From positions 376,154,001-376,218,000 of the forward strand of contig OZ024742.1 in the NCBI GenBank assembly GCA_964016885.1: a stretch of DNA of 64,000 bases. Direction: 5' to 3'. The notes under the pieces are model-generated. The model searched no databases. It saw nothing but the letters and a program-made list of their open reading frames with translations, and was not told the origin of the DNA. This stretch comes from Eledone cirrhosa. Taxonomy: Eukaryota. Position numbers and translations under genes: made by a program. Below are positions 49,817-61,094 of the stretch, piece after piece (position 1 is the stretch's first letter; every line of letters begins with the position of its first letter).

Positions 49817-52078
49817 CATCATCATCATCATCATCATCAACGTTTAACGTCCGTGTTCCACGCTTGCATGGGTTTGGATGGGGGTAGTCCCACTTGAGGC
49901 AAGAGTGATTGTCTTGCTCGCATAGGACTGTCTGGCAGGTTTTCTACAGTTGGATGCCCTTCCTAACACCAACCACATTTACAGTGTGGGTCTGGGAGGT
50001 TTTTACCGTGTTGCCTACACGGCCACATTACAGCGTGGACTGTGTGTTTTTTTGTCGTGACACCTACACGATCTCATTTGTTTTGGCCTGGATGGTGCGG
50101 CACCAACATAACTTTACATAGAACGGGGTGGTGGTGGTGGGACGGGGTGTATTTTGTTAGAGATGCCTACTGGCTGTAGTAGGTTTTACTATGTATTTAG
50201 GTAAGGCGGGTCTTCTCTGTTACTGAGTACCGCCAAAGGTCTCGGTCCAGTGACATTGTCTTGGAGAGGTGTAAGTGTGTGAGGTCGGAGTTTATCAGCT
50301 CGTCCCAGGTTTTTCTAGGTCTGCCTATTCCGTGGCTACCGTCTATCTTTATTGCCCTGCACTTTGTTATACAGCTATCGACTTTCATGCGCATCACGTG
50401 TCCATACCAACGTAGCTTTCTCTCGAGTAAACAACATCTGATCCCTCTTATTTCTAATTTTATCCTTAGTTCGTTTATGCTTTGCCGTTCACGTATATTA
50501 CTGTTACACATCCAGCGGAGCATGCAAGCTTCGTTCCTCTCTAGTCTGCGTATATCCTCTGCACACAATGCCCAGGTCTCACTGCCATGCAACATTGCTG
50601 TTCGTATGCAGGCATCGTACAACCTGCCTTTCATTTTTAGGGAGAACCCTTTAGCAGCTAATAGTGGTATAAGCTCTCTGAACTTTTTCCAACCAGTTCT
50701 GACTCTAGCTACTGTACTTTCAGAGCACCCTCCCCCACTGCTGATTTTATCGCCCAGGTAACGGAAGCTGTCCACTATTTCTATAGAACCCTCTGCGCAA
50801 TTGAAAGAGGTAGTATTTTGTGGGCACTTGCTGCTACTTATTGCACCAGAGCACCGGCCACATGTAAAATCTATGTTCTTAGTTAGCTTACCTGTGATCC
50901 CACTACATCTTTTATGCACCCATACTTTGCATTTAGGACATAAAATGGAGTTTCTACCTACGCCTTTCCTACACACTGAGCATGACCATTTCCAAGAAGG
51001 GACTGCCGCCTTATTTTCTTTCCTACAAACTAGAACTTTAGTCTTAGCCAGGTTAATTTTAAGTCCTTTTGATTCTAGGCTGTGCTTCCATGTTTGGAAT
51101 TTCTTCTCTAGCTCGGCCATTGATTCAGCTATGAGTGTCAGGTCGTCTGCGTATAGGAGTTCCCATGGGCAGCCGGTCTTGAACTCCTCTGTTATAGCCT
51201 GAAGGGCAATAATAAATAGTAGGGGGCTGAGAACAGAGCCCTGATGGACGCCAACTTTTACGCTAAACTCTTCACTATATTCGTTGTTAATTCTAACCTT
51301 GCTGGCTGTTTCTTTATACATGGCTTGTATAGCTCTCACAAGCCATTCGTCAACACCTAGTTTTCTAAGAGCCCACCAGATAATGGAGCGGGGGACTCTG
51401 TCGAAGGCTTTCTCCAAGTCGACAAAAGCTAAGTAGAGGGGTTTACCTTTAGCTAGGTACTTCTCCTGTAGTTGTCGTACAATGAAAAGAGCGTCTGTGG
51501 TACTTTTGCCTGACACAAACCCGAACTGCATTTCATCTAGGTCAATTCTCTCTCTAATTAGTTGCGCTATTACTTTTTCCGTGACCTTCATGACCTGGTC
51601 GATTAATTTAATGCCTCTATAGTTACTCCTATCTAGGGCGTCTCCTTTACCCTTATAACAGTTAACGATGATGCTGCTATGCCAGTCCTTCGGAACAACC
51701 CCATTCTGTACGACTTGGTTAACTATGCGGGTGACCATGGTGTGTCCCACCGTGCCAGATGCCTTCAGCATCTCAGCAACTATTTCCGAAGGCCCAGCCG
51801 CCTTACCCGTCTTCATATCCTTGATTGCCTTACTTATTATACTCCCCTCGACTAACACTGCTGGTTCCTCTATTGGGCCAATGTGGGGGAGACTGTCTTT
51901 CTCCCATTTATTCTCCTCATTTAGTAGCCTTTCATAGTGACACTTCCAAGCTACCTTCTTATCAGCGTCGGCGATGGCAAGTACGCCGTCATCATTAAGT
52001 ACACACTTCTCCCCGACAATATCACGGTTTTCCTTGACGCATTGCCTAGCAATCCTGAACACCTCACGTTTTTGGTCA
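49817..52078 (-). mobile_element. Longest RTE LINE copy, 5'-truncated (no APE domain)
   Basis: Uninterrupted ORF, 3' UTR, (GAT)n tail; 5' end abuts (TA)n. Confidence 0.95.
50197..52062 (-). CDS. RTE-clade reverse transcriptase with internal PHD finger (partial, 621 aa)
   Basis: YKGKGD..NYRGIKL, QFGF, DLEKAFDRV, QGSVLSP, YADD, KTK, C4HC3, FRYLG, RWYGHV. Confidence 0.92.
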   Translation of the reverse strand: MFRIARQCVKENRDIVGEKCVLNDDGVLAIADADKKVAWKCHYERLLNEENKWEKDSLPHIGPIEEPAVLVEGSIISKAIKDMKTGKAAGPSEIVAEMLKASGTVGHTMVTRIVNQVVQNGVVPKDWHSSIIVNCYKGKGDALDRSNYRGIKLIDQVMKVTEKVIAQLIRERIDLDEMQFGFVSGKSTTDALFIVRQLQEKYLAKGKPLYLAFVDLEKAFDRVPRSIIWWALRKLGVDEWLVRAIQAMYKETASKVRINNEYSEEFSVKVGVHQGSVLSPLLFIIALQAITEEFKTGCPWELLYADDLTLIAESMAELEKKFQTWKHSLESKGLKINLAKTKVLVCRKENKAAVPSWKWSCSVCRKGVGRNSILCPKCKVWVHKRCSGITGKLTKNIDFTCGRCSGAISSSKCPQNTTSFNCAEGSIEIVDSFRYLGDKISSGGGCSESTVARVRTGWKKFRELIPLLAAKGFSLKMKGRLYDACIRTAMLHGSETWALCAEDIRRLERNEACMLRWMCNSNIRERQSINELRIKLEIRGIRCCLLERKLRWYGHVMRMKVDSCITKCRAIKIDGSHGIGRPRKTWDELINSDLTHLHLSKTMSLDRDLWRYSVTEKTRLT

Positions 52079-52095
52079 TATATATATATATATAT

Positions 52096-52236
52096 ATAGG
52101 AAAAAGTATGACCCCGACGGCAGAGCTCAAGCCGTTTGGACGGCTATTTCTGGACTATTTCGACGGCTATTCCTGGGTCCAGAAATAGCCGTCGAAACGG
52201 CTTGAGCTCTGCCGTCAGGGTCATACTTTTTCCTAT
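52096..52236. repeat. Nested fold-back hairpin in TA tracts
   Basis: ataggaaaaagtatgaccccgacggcagagctcaagccgttt / aaacggcttgagctctgccgtcagggtcatactttttcctat with a second inner inversion. Confidence 0.9.
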
Positions 52237-52312
52237 TTCCCACTCTACTACCCTAAGTATTGAGTACTCTGGTACGTTATGGTCCATCTGGTTCCTTACC
52301 ACAATTCCTTTG

Positions 52313-52364
<52 letters not shown>

Positions 52365-52369
<5 letters not shown>

Positions 52370-52861
52370 CATCACCGTTTTACGTCCGTTCTTCCATGTT
52401 AACATGGGTTAGATGGGTTATCCTGCTGTGGGCAGTGTCCGGTCGGCTGACCTTGTCTTACTCATACAGGAACTGATTCTGGCTTGATTTCTACAGCTGG
52501 ATGCCCTTCCTAACACCAACCTCATTTACAGTGAGTGCTGGGTGCTTTTTTCCATGGCGCCTCCACGTCAACTTTACAGTGGGAGGGTGTGCTATATACA
52601 TATATACATACAGACATACATGTATACAGAGATATATGCATCATCACCATCATCATCATCAACGTTTAACGTCCGTGTTCCACACTTGCATGGGTTTGGA
52701 CGGAGGTTTTCCCACTTGAGGCAAGAGTGATTATCTTGCTCGCAGAGGACTATCTGGTGGGTTTTTTACAGCTGGATGCCCTTCCTAACACCAACCACAT
52801 TTACAGTGTGGGGCTGGGAGGTTTTTACCGTGTTGCCTACACGGCCACATTACAGCGTGGA

Positions 52862-52865
<4 letters not shown>
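52365..52865 (-). mobile_element. Two RTE 3'-UTR-only fragments
   Basis: Each has (CAT)n followed by ggatgcccttcctaacaccaacc and ends at a TA tract. Confidence 0.85.
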
Positions 52866-52913
<48 letters not shown>

Positions 52914-53029
52914 CATACATACATGATGGCTGCAAACTCTACTAAGAGTATTGCAATCGCTTGTCAGATTATAGAGTTTGGTGCACTTTTAGGCTACGGC
53001 CAGTCACACGAACCTGTAACGGATCCTGA

Positions 53030-53456
53030 ACAAGCAATGTCTGTGCTTTGAAGGTTTTTTTAAGTGGGGGAAGGCCTTGCACTCGACCAATCCCACTCTC
53101 TGAGCAACGAAAACACTACCTGAAAAGGAGAACTGGTCAACATCATCGGATACTTCCGAAGCCGCAGGTTATTTTCAGAGTTTCCCTCGCCTAGAAAGGT
53201 GTTGTGACAACAACTGGGGGCCTTTCACTCCCATGTGGAGGAAAAAAAAAAGTACCATTTGGATGGCGGTTGACTCTGCTGAGTTCCTCCGCCCTTTGCC
53301 GGGTCTTGTATTTCATCCCACAGGGTGTCCAAATATCACCCCCCCCTCCTCACCAAGCTAGCTTGGTGGGGTGGCCTGTTTAGTCACTGACAACCCGACC
53401 ATGACACACGTTGTACTGGGTTACATGTTACCAGTAGCACTCGAGAGTGACCTGAC
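53030..53456 (-). mobile_element. Dispersed repeat resembling an RTE-clade 5' UTR
   Basis: Homolog of 8885-9185; ctaggcgagggaaactctgaaa on the minus strand. Confidence 0.5.
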
Positions 53457-54614
53457 AAACGTGCATGCATACATACATACATATATATAAACATACATGC
53501 ATACATACAGACATATATATAAACATACATGCATACATACAGACATATATACATATATACATATATACATACAGACATATATATAAACATACATGCATGC
53601 ATACAGACATATATACATATATACATATATACATATATACATTTACAACGATTTTATTTATTATATATTATTTACAATTTGTGAGTAGGCAAGTCTCTCT
53701 GGAAATATGAGTGGGGGCCCATGTGGTATTATGTGGCCGTGAGGGAGATGGTGGCCTAAAAAGTTTGAGAATCTCTGTTGTAGAGCCACAACAACAATTA
53801 ATACAAACAGGAAACAATGAAATAAGACATGGTGAAGAAGTTTCAGTGAGCAAACTTGTGCAGACCAATTGATAGCAGTTATGCAACTCCATACCATCAG
53901 CATCAAAAAAGCTCACCTGCTCTGCTGTCTATCTTTAGAAGGAGAATGAGAATGGAGAGAGAGGCACTGCACCCCAGTAAATTTACTGAAAGGTGGGTGA
54001 ATGTAGCAAAAATGGCCCGAGTGATTGTGCCTTCTCTGTATTGGGCCGAGTGATTGGGCCAACCTGTAGGTTGAAGAAGAGAACGAAAGGAAGAAAGGAG
54101 CACTTGCACAACATGCTGCTGGAGTTGAGGGTTGTTCTATCTACGGGGTATAAAACAACCCATTTGTAACGCCTCCCCCCTATTGGGGATTTCGATTGTT
54201 GAATTTATATGTTAAAGTTTTTTTTACACGAGTGTATGTAAAATCCCCGTCATATATCTTTGTATTGTCCCCTTTTCTTGTGTGGCCTTGTGGCAAATAA
54301 AGAAATATATCTTCAGAAACAACCTGCACATTAATAATTTTGCTCTTTGAAACGATTATAAAACAGTGGATTAATCAAATACTTCATGCTGTCTTATTGT
54401 GTGATATCATATATCAAACTCGATGATGTATATGGGGATATCTTATGCTGCTGTTGTATCATCATCATCATCATCATCATCATCACCCCGAGTAGAGGAA
54501 GGTCAACAAAGATCATGGCAAATCTTTCTTCTCCCTAAAAAATAAGGGATTAGCACTGAAATACATTGTTAAAACTCATCTGTTGCCTACTAAGTCTCTA
54601 TAACCTTGACATTT

Positions 54615-54980
54615 GTTTAAAATTAAGCTATTGCCTGCTACATGTTAAAACTAAGCTATTGCCTGCTACATGTTAAGACTAATCTATATTACCTGCTACA
54701 TGTTAAAACTAAGCTATTACCTACTACATGTTAAAACTAAGCTATTGCCTGCTACATGTTAAAACTAAGCTATTACCTACTACATGTTAAAACTAAGCTA
54801 TTGTCTGCTACATGTTAAAACTAAGCTATTGTCTGCTACATGTTAAAACCAAGCAATTGCCTGCTACATGTTAAAACTAAGCTATTACCTGCTACATGTT
54901 AAAACTAAGCTATTGTCTGCTACATGTTAAAACTAAGCAATTGCCTGCTACATGTTAAAACTAAGCTATTACCTACTAAA
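54615..54980. repeat. 28-bp minisatellite, about 13 copies
   Basis: tgttaaaactaagctattgcctgctaca. Confidence 0.95.
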
Positions 54981-55486
54981 TATTCACACCTGTCACCATA
55001 TCCTCTAGATTTTGTTAAAACTAAGCTACTACCTGCTACATGTTCACATGTCCCAATATCCTCCACATGCAATTAGCTTTCATAGCAGGAAGTGAAATGG
55101 TTTGTCATTTTAATATAGAGAATATAATTAAAATTTATATTTTTGTTTGTTAGAATAATTTAAACGAGAAATTTTAATTAGACAACATGAAAACATATAT
55201 TACTTTATAAGAATATCTTCTAAAAATAATAATTATCACAACAGTAATTGTTATTATTGAAATGTTACAATGGAAGCGAGAGCATGCAATGTTAAAATAA
55301 ATGTCTCTGTAGATATATAAACTTGTAGACTTTTAGTGGAGTGTCTTTTGGTGATTTATCATAACATGGTTTCATGTAGTCAACCTTGCCTTTCATCCAT
55401 TCCATGTTGATAAAACAAGTAACCAGTCAAGTACTGGGGGTCAATTATTGCTCTCTTTATATATTTCCCACGTTCATTATTTCATA

Positions 55487-58400
55487 GGGTGGTGGATTGG
55501 TGGTGGATTGGGGGTGGATTGGTGGTGGATTGGGGGTGGATTGGTGGTGGATTGGTGGTGGAGTGGTGGTGGATTGGCAGTGGATTGGTGGCGGATTGGT
55601 GGCGGATTGGGGGCGGATTGGTGGTGGATTGGGGGTGGATTGGTGGTGGATTGGGGGTGGATTGGTGGTGGATTGGGGGTGGATTGGTGGTGGATTGGCA
55701 GTGGATTGGTGGCGGATTGGTGGCGGATTGGGGGTGGATTGGTGGTGGATTGGTGGTGGATTGGTGGTGGATTGGCGGTGGATTGGCAGTGGATTGGTGG
55801 TGGATTGGGGGTGGATTGGTGGTGGATTGGCAGTGGATTGGTGGTGGATTGGTGGTGGAGTGGTGGTGGATTGGCAGTGGATTGGCGGTGGATTGGTGGT
55901 GGATTGGTGGTGGATTGGTGGTGGATTGGGGATGGATTGGTGGTGGATTGGTGGCGGATTGGGGGTGGATTGGTGGTGGATTGGTGGTGGAGTGGTGGTG
56001 GATTGGTGGTGGATTGGTGGTGGATTGGTGGTGATTGGGGGTGGATTGGTGGTGGATTGGCAGTGGATTGGTGGTGGATTGGTGGTGGAGTGGTGGTGGA
56101 TTGGTGGTGGATTGGCAGTGGATTGGCAGTGGATTGGTGGCGGATTGGTGGCGGATTGGTGGCGGATTGGGGGTGGATTGGTGGTGGATTGGTGGTGGAT
56201 TGGTGGTGGAGTGGTGGTGGATTGGCAGTGGATTGGTGGTGGATTGGTGGTGGATTGGTGGTGGATTGGTGGTGGATTGGGGGTGGATTGGTGGTGGATT
56301 GGGGGTGGATTGGTGGTGGAGTGGTGGTGGATTGGCAGTGGATTGGTGGTGGATTGGTGGTGGATTGGTGGTGGATTGGTGGTGGATTGGGGGTGGATTG
56401 GTGGTGGATTGGTGGTGGAGTGGTGGTGGATTGGCAGTGGATTGGTGGTGGATTGGTGGTGGATTGGTGGTGGATTGGGGGTGGATTGGTGGTGGATTGG
56501 CAGTGGATTGGTGGTGGATTGGTGGTGGAGTGGTGGTGGATTGGCAGTGGATTGGCAGTGGATTGGTGGCGGATTGGTGGCGGATTGGTGGCGGATTGGG
56601 GGTGGATTGGTGGTGGATTGGGGGTGGATTGGTGGTGGATTGGTGGTGGATTGGCAGTGGATTGGCAGTGGATTGGTGGCGGATTGGTGGCGGATTGGTG
56701 GCGGATTGGGGGTGGATTGGGGGTGGATTGGTGGTAGATTGGCAGTGGATTGGTGGTGGATTGGCAGTGGATTGGTGGTGGATTGGTGGTGGATTGGTGG
56801 TGGATTGGTGGTGGATTGGCAGTGGATTGGCAGTGGATTGGTGGCGGATTGGTGGCGGATTGGGGGTGGATTGGTGGTGGATTGGGGGTGGATTGGTGGT
56901 AGATTGGCAGTGGATTGGTGGTGGATTGGTGGTGGATTGGGGGTGGATTGGTGGTGGATTGGGGGTGGATTGGCAGTGGATTGGCAGTGGATTGGTGGCG
57001 GATTGGTGGCGGATTGGTGGCGGATTGGGGGTGGATTGGTGGTGGATTGGGGGTGGATTGGTGGTAGATTGGCAGTGGATTGGTGGTGGATTGGTGGTGG
57101 ATTGGTGGTGGATTGGGGGTGGATTGGTGGTGGATTGGGGGTGGATTGGTGGTGGATTGGTGGTGGATTGGCGGTGGATTGGCGGTGGATTGGTGGTGGA
57201 TTGGTGGTGGATTGGCAGTGGATTGGTGGCGGATTGGTGGCGGATTGGTGGTGGATTGGGGGTGGATTGGTGGTGGATTGGGGGTGGATTGGTGGTGGAT
57301 TGGCAGTGGATTGGTGGTGGATTGGTAATGGAGTGGTGGTGGATTGGTGGTGGACTGGTGGTGGATTGGTGGTAGATTGGCAGTGGATTGGTGGTGGATT
57401 GGGGTGGATTGGTGGTGGATTGGGGGTGGATTGGTGGTGGATTGGTGGTGGATTGGTGGTGGATTGGGGGTGGATTGGTGGTGGATTGGTGGTGGATTGG
57501 GGGTGGATTGGTGGCGGATTGGTGGCGGATTGGTGGTGGATTGGTGGTGGATTGGGGGTGGATTGGTGGTGGATTGGGGGTGGATTGGTGGTGGATTGGT
57601 GGTGGATTGGGGGTGGATTGGCAGTGGATTGGGGGTGGATTGGTGGTGGATTGGCAGTGGATTGGTGGTGGATTGGTGGTGGATTGGCAGTGGATTGGTG
57701 GCGGATTGGTGGCGGATTGGTGGTGGATTGGTGGTGGATTGGGGGTGGATTGGTGGTGGATTGGGGGTGGATTGGTGGTGGATTGGTGGTGGATTGGGGG
57801 TGGATTGGTGGTGGATTGGTGGTGGATTGGCAGTGGATTGGTGGTGGATTGGTGGTGGATTGGTGGTGGATTGGGGGTGGATTGGCAGTGGATTGGGGGT
57901 GGATTGGTGGTGGATTGGGGGTGGATTGGTGGTGGATTGGTGGTGGATTGGTGGTGGATTGGTGGTGGATTGGGGGTGGATTGGTGGTGGATTGGGGGTG
58001 GATTGGTGGTGGATTGGTGGTGGATTGGTGGTGGATTGGCAGTGGATTGGTGGTGGATTGGGGGTGGATTGGTGGTGGATTGGGGGTGGATTGGTGGCGG
58101 ATTGGTGGTGGATTGGTGGTGGATTGGCGGTGGATTGGGGGTGGATTTGTGGTGGATTGGGGGTGGATTGGGGGTGGAGTGGTGGTGGATTGGTGGTGGA
58201 TTGGCGGTGGCTTAGTGGTGGATTGTTGGTGGAGTGGTGGTGGATTGGTGGTGGATTGGTGGTGGATTGGTGGTGGAGTGGTGGTGGATTGGTGGTGGAG
58301 TGGTGGTGGATTGGTGGTGGATTGGTGGTGGAGTGGTGGTGGATTGGTGGTGGAGTGGTGGTGGAGTGGTGGTGGATTGGTGGTGGATTGTTGGTGGATT

Positions 58401-58985
58401 GTTGGTGGAGTGGTGGTGGATTGGTGGTGGATTGGTGGTGGAGTGGTGGTGGATTGGTGGTGGAGTGGTGGTGGAGTGGTGGTGGAGTGGTGGTGGAGTG
58501 GTGGTGGATTGGTGGTGGATTGGTGGTGGAGTGGTGGTGGATTGTTGGTGGATTGGTGGTGGAGTGGTGGTGGATTGGTGGTGGATTGGTGGTGGAGTGG
58601 TGGTGGATTGGTGGTGGATTGGTGGTGGAGTGGTGGTGGATTGGTGGTGGATTGGTGGTGGAGTGGTGGTGGAGTGGTGGTGGATTGGTGGTGGAGTGGT
58701 GGTGGATTGGTGGTGGATTGGTGGTGGAGTGGTGGTGGAGTGGTGGTGGATTGGTGGTGGATTGTTGGTGGATTGTTGGTGGAGTGGTGGTGGATTGGTG
58801 GTGGATTGGTGGTGGAGTGGTGGTGGATTGGTGGTGGAGTGGTGGTGGAGTGGTGGTGGAGTGGTGGTGGATTGTTGGTGGAGTGGTGGTGGATTGTTGG
58901 TGGAGTGGTGGTGGATTGGTGGTGGATTGGTGGTGGATTGGTGGTGGAGTGGTGGTGGAGTGGTGGTCGATTGGTGGTGGATTGG
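55487..58985 (+). repeat. 3.5-kb G-rich 11-bp satellite (GGTGGATTGGT and variants)
   Basis: About 320 units; variants ggcagtggatt, gggggtggatt, ggtggcggatt and ggtggtggagt. Confidence 0.97.
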
Positions 58986-59310
58986 CAGTACTGGTAGAGG
59001 GTCGGATGCCATGCTTTGACATATAGAGTTACGGCCCCTGCCATTCTGAGTTCAAATCCTGCCGAGGTTAACTTTGCCTTTCATCCTTACGGGGTTGATA
59101 AAATAAAGTACCAGTAATGCACTGGGTAATTGCTGGCCTTGTGCCAAAAGTAGAAACAATTATTTCATTCTTTCGTTCTCTGGAAGAAATCTGCTGCATT
59201 CAGACCTGGAGATGGGCTCTGCCAGGTTTAAAACAATGCCTTAGAAACATCCCATGTCGATAAGGCGCTCCTATAACTCCCTTAGGAGTTACAGGACCAT
59301 GCATGCATGC
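58975..59310 (+). mobile_element. tRNA-derived SINE plus stem-loop tail module, fused to the satellite
   Basis: ggtggattggcagtactggtagagggtcgga...gagttcaaatcc...gtagaaacaatt, then a tail with aactcc-ctta-ggagtt. Confidence 0.85.
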
Positions 59311-60224
59311 CGCATGTCTTCAGGTGCCAGACAGTTCAATCCTAAAACTGAAACTTGATATTCCTTTCTTTTAGATATAAGGATTAACTCTTTACATCCT
59401 GTACCAGATGAAACCACATTAGAAAAACCATTCTTGAAAAGTACAAAATATGATGGCAATACATAAAATGTTAAAGCCTTTACTATAGTTTACTGCAAAT
59501 TTTCACTAATAAAGTTACTATAAACATTTGAATGAAAGAAAAAAACTGTTTTTTAATATTTTCTACTGAGTCATTATAGGATGTTAAGAGTTAATTTTGC
59601 AGTGGGTATCACTGGCCACTGTCAGTGGAAATATTTTTGCAGTTTTGTCTTTGGGGCACAGCTGAAATACTGCTCTGACTTGGCTGTAGAGACTGTCACT
59701 CTCCCCATCTCTGTTTTTTGTTGCCTAATAGTTCTTGCTCTTTCCCTCCTTTTCTTCACATTTATGGTATTTATAGTCCTTTCCTTTATTTTCCTATACA
59801 ACAGATCTACCCTTCTTTACCTCCCTTTTTTTTTTATATTTCCACCATTGTATAACTTCTGTCTGTAAAATATAGTTGACATAATATGTTTATATATAAC
59901 AGATAACAAAATATTTCCACCATTGTATAACTTCTGTAAAATATAGTTGACATAAAATGAAAAAAAATTGTTCAAAACATAAAAAAAAATTAGAAAAAGG
60001 GGAAAATATTTGTCTTGACTTGGTTCTCTACTTCTAAAGATGTAGAAAATAGTAAACTGTGATATATTTATAAGATGTGATCTTTTTCAGCCTTTTTGAT
60101 ATCAAACTGCCTGAAGCCAGCCCTGGTTCCACAATACAAAACTGTATGAACCTTTGTTAGTTTATATTCCAAACACCAACTTCATAATGAGAAAGTTAGT
60201 TATATCCCTCCAAATTCCCGATTA

Positions 60225-60446
60225 TTTTTAGCATTTAAACCGGCCGTATCTGGCCAGAATTCTCTCACCTCTTTCTGTTCAAACTGACTAATTGACCATT
60301 CATAGTGATGTTAAGGTATTGTTCTCAACCTAAATAATATCAAAATCTCATAGATTCAATATTATGTGAGATATTTATATGAGGTAAAGCCTTTACCATG
60401 AAAATATAATAGTATATATAGAATAATGTAAATGCTAAAGGATTAA
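60225..60446. mobile_element. piggyBac-like MITE, inverted homolog of 35658-35883
   Basis: agaattctctcacctctttctgttcaaac is shared; ends aatgctaaagga-TTAA. Confidence 0.6.
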
Positions 60447-60969
60447 GCAATGTCTTTCATTAGAAATAAGGTAAAGAAAAAGTTAAATTTGTTAATATTC
60501 ATCTCTATATCTTCCATCATAATTTTATCTAAGAACCCTTGTTAAGTTATGTTCCAAATACCAGCTTAAGAAAGTTAGTTATTTTACTAAATCTCCCCAT
60601 ATTCCTGATTATTTTTGAAATGATTTGAATAGTTCATAGGTTGACTATGAAAGGGTGATGCTAATGCTGTGAAATCTTGCATATATTAATTTCAACTCTT
60701 CTTATTAATAACTGTATTATTTCTTTCCAGGGACTATGTTGAAAATAAACCTCATTTAGTCATTCTATGAGAGTATCTTGGTCAACATATAAACATTTCA
60801 GCTGACACTCGTATGTTGAAAAATAAACCCCATTTGGTCATTCCATGAGAATATCTTGGTCAGCCTATAAATATTCCAGCTGACCCTCATAACCAGTGTA
60901 TATTTTATAAGCTCTTTATGATTCAGTACATATTTATGTTTCACTTAATATGAAATTTTCTTATTGCAG

Positions 60970-61094
60970 GACAAAGCAGAAGAAATTGTTCAGGACTTTA
61001 ACTCTAAAGTGAAGTTAATTGGTTCATCTGTTAATGAACAGAAAAGAGGCAGAACTTCCTCTAGTGAGTCAATAACAGCAACAAATAGAAACCT
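60970..61094 (+). CDS. IQCH: IQCH-like gene, coding exon 3 (DKAEEIVQDFNSKVKLIGSSVNEQKRGRTSS...)
   Basis: Acceptor ttcttattgcag|, in frame with exon 2; donor is either |gtatgt (61095) or |gtgagt (61064); resembles remembered IQCH ...VNQNVLTTSVNDE. Confidence 0.65.

Noticed and set aside
53330-53456. HDV-like or twister ribozyme at the start of the RTE-like 5' UTR
   Set aside because: ggtcact/agtgact and tactgg/ccagta stems exist, but I could not place the required pseudoknot and catalytic residues
55448-59044. 1100+ aa Trp/Gly or Pro/His ORFs; telomeric repeat
   Set aside because: The 11-bp period is open in nearly all frames; the unit is not TTAGGG and the array is interstitial
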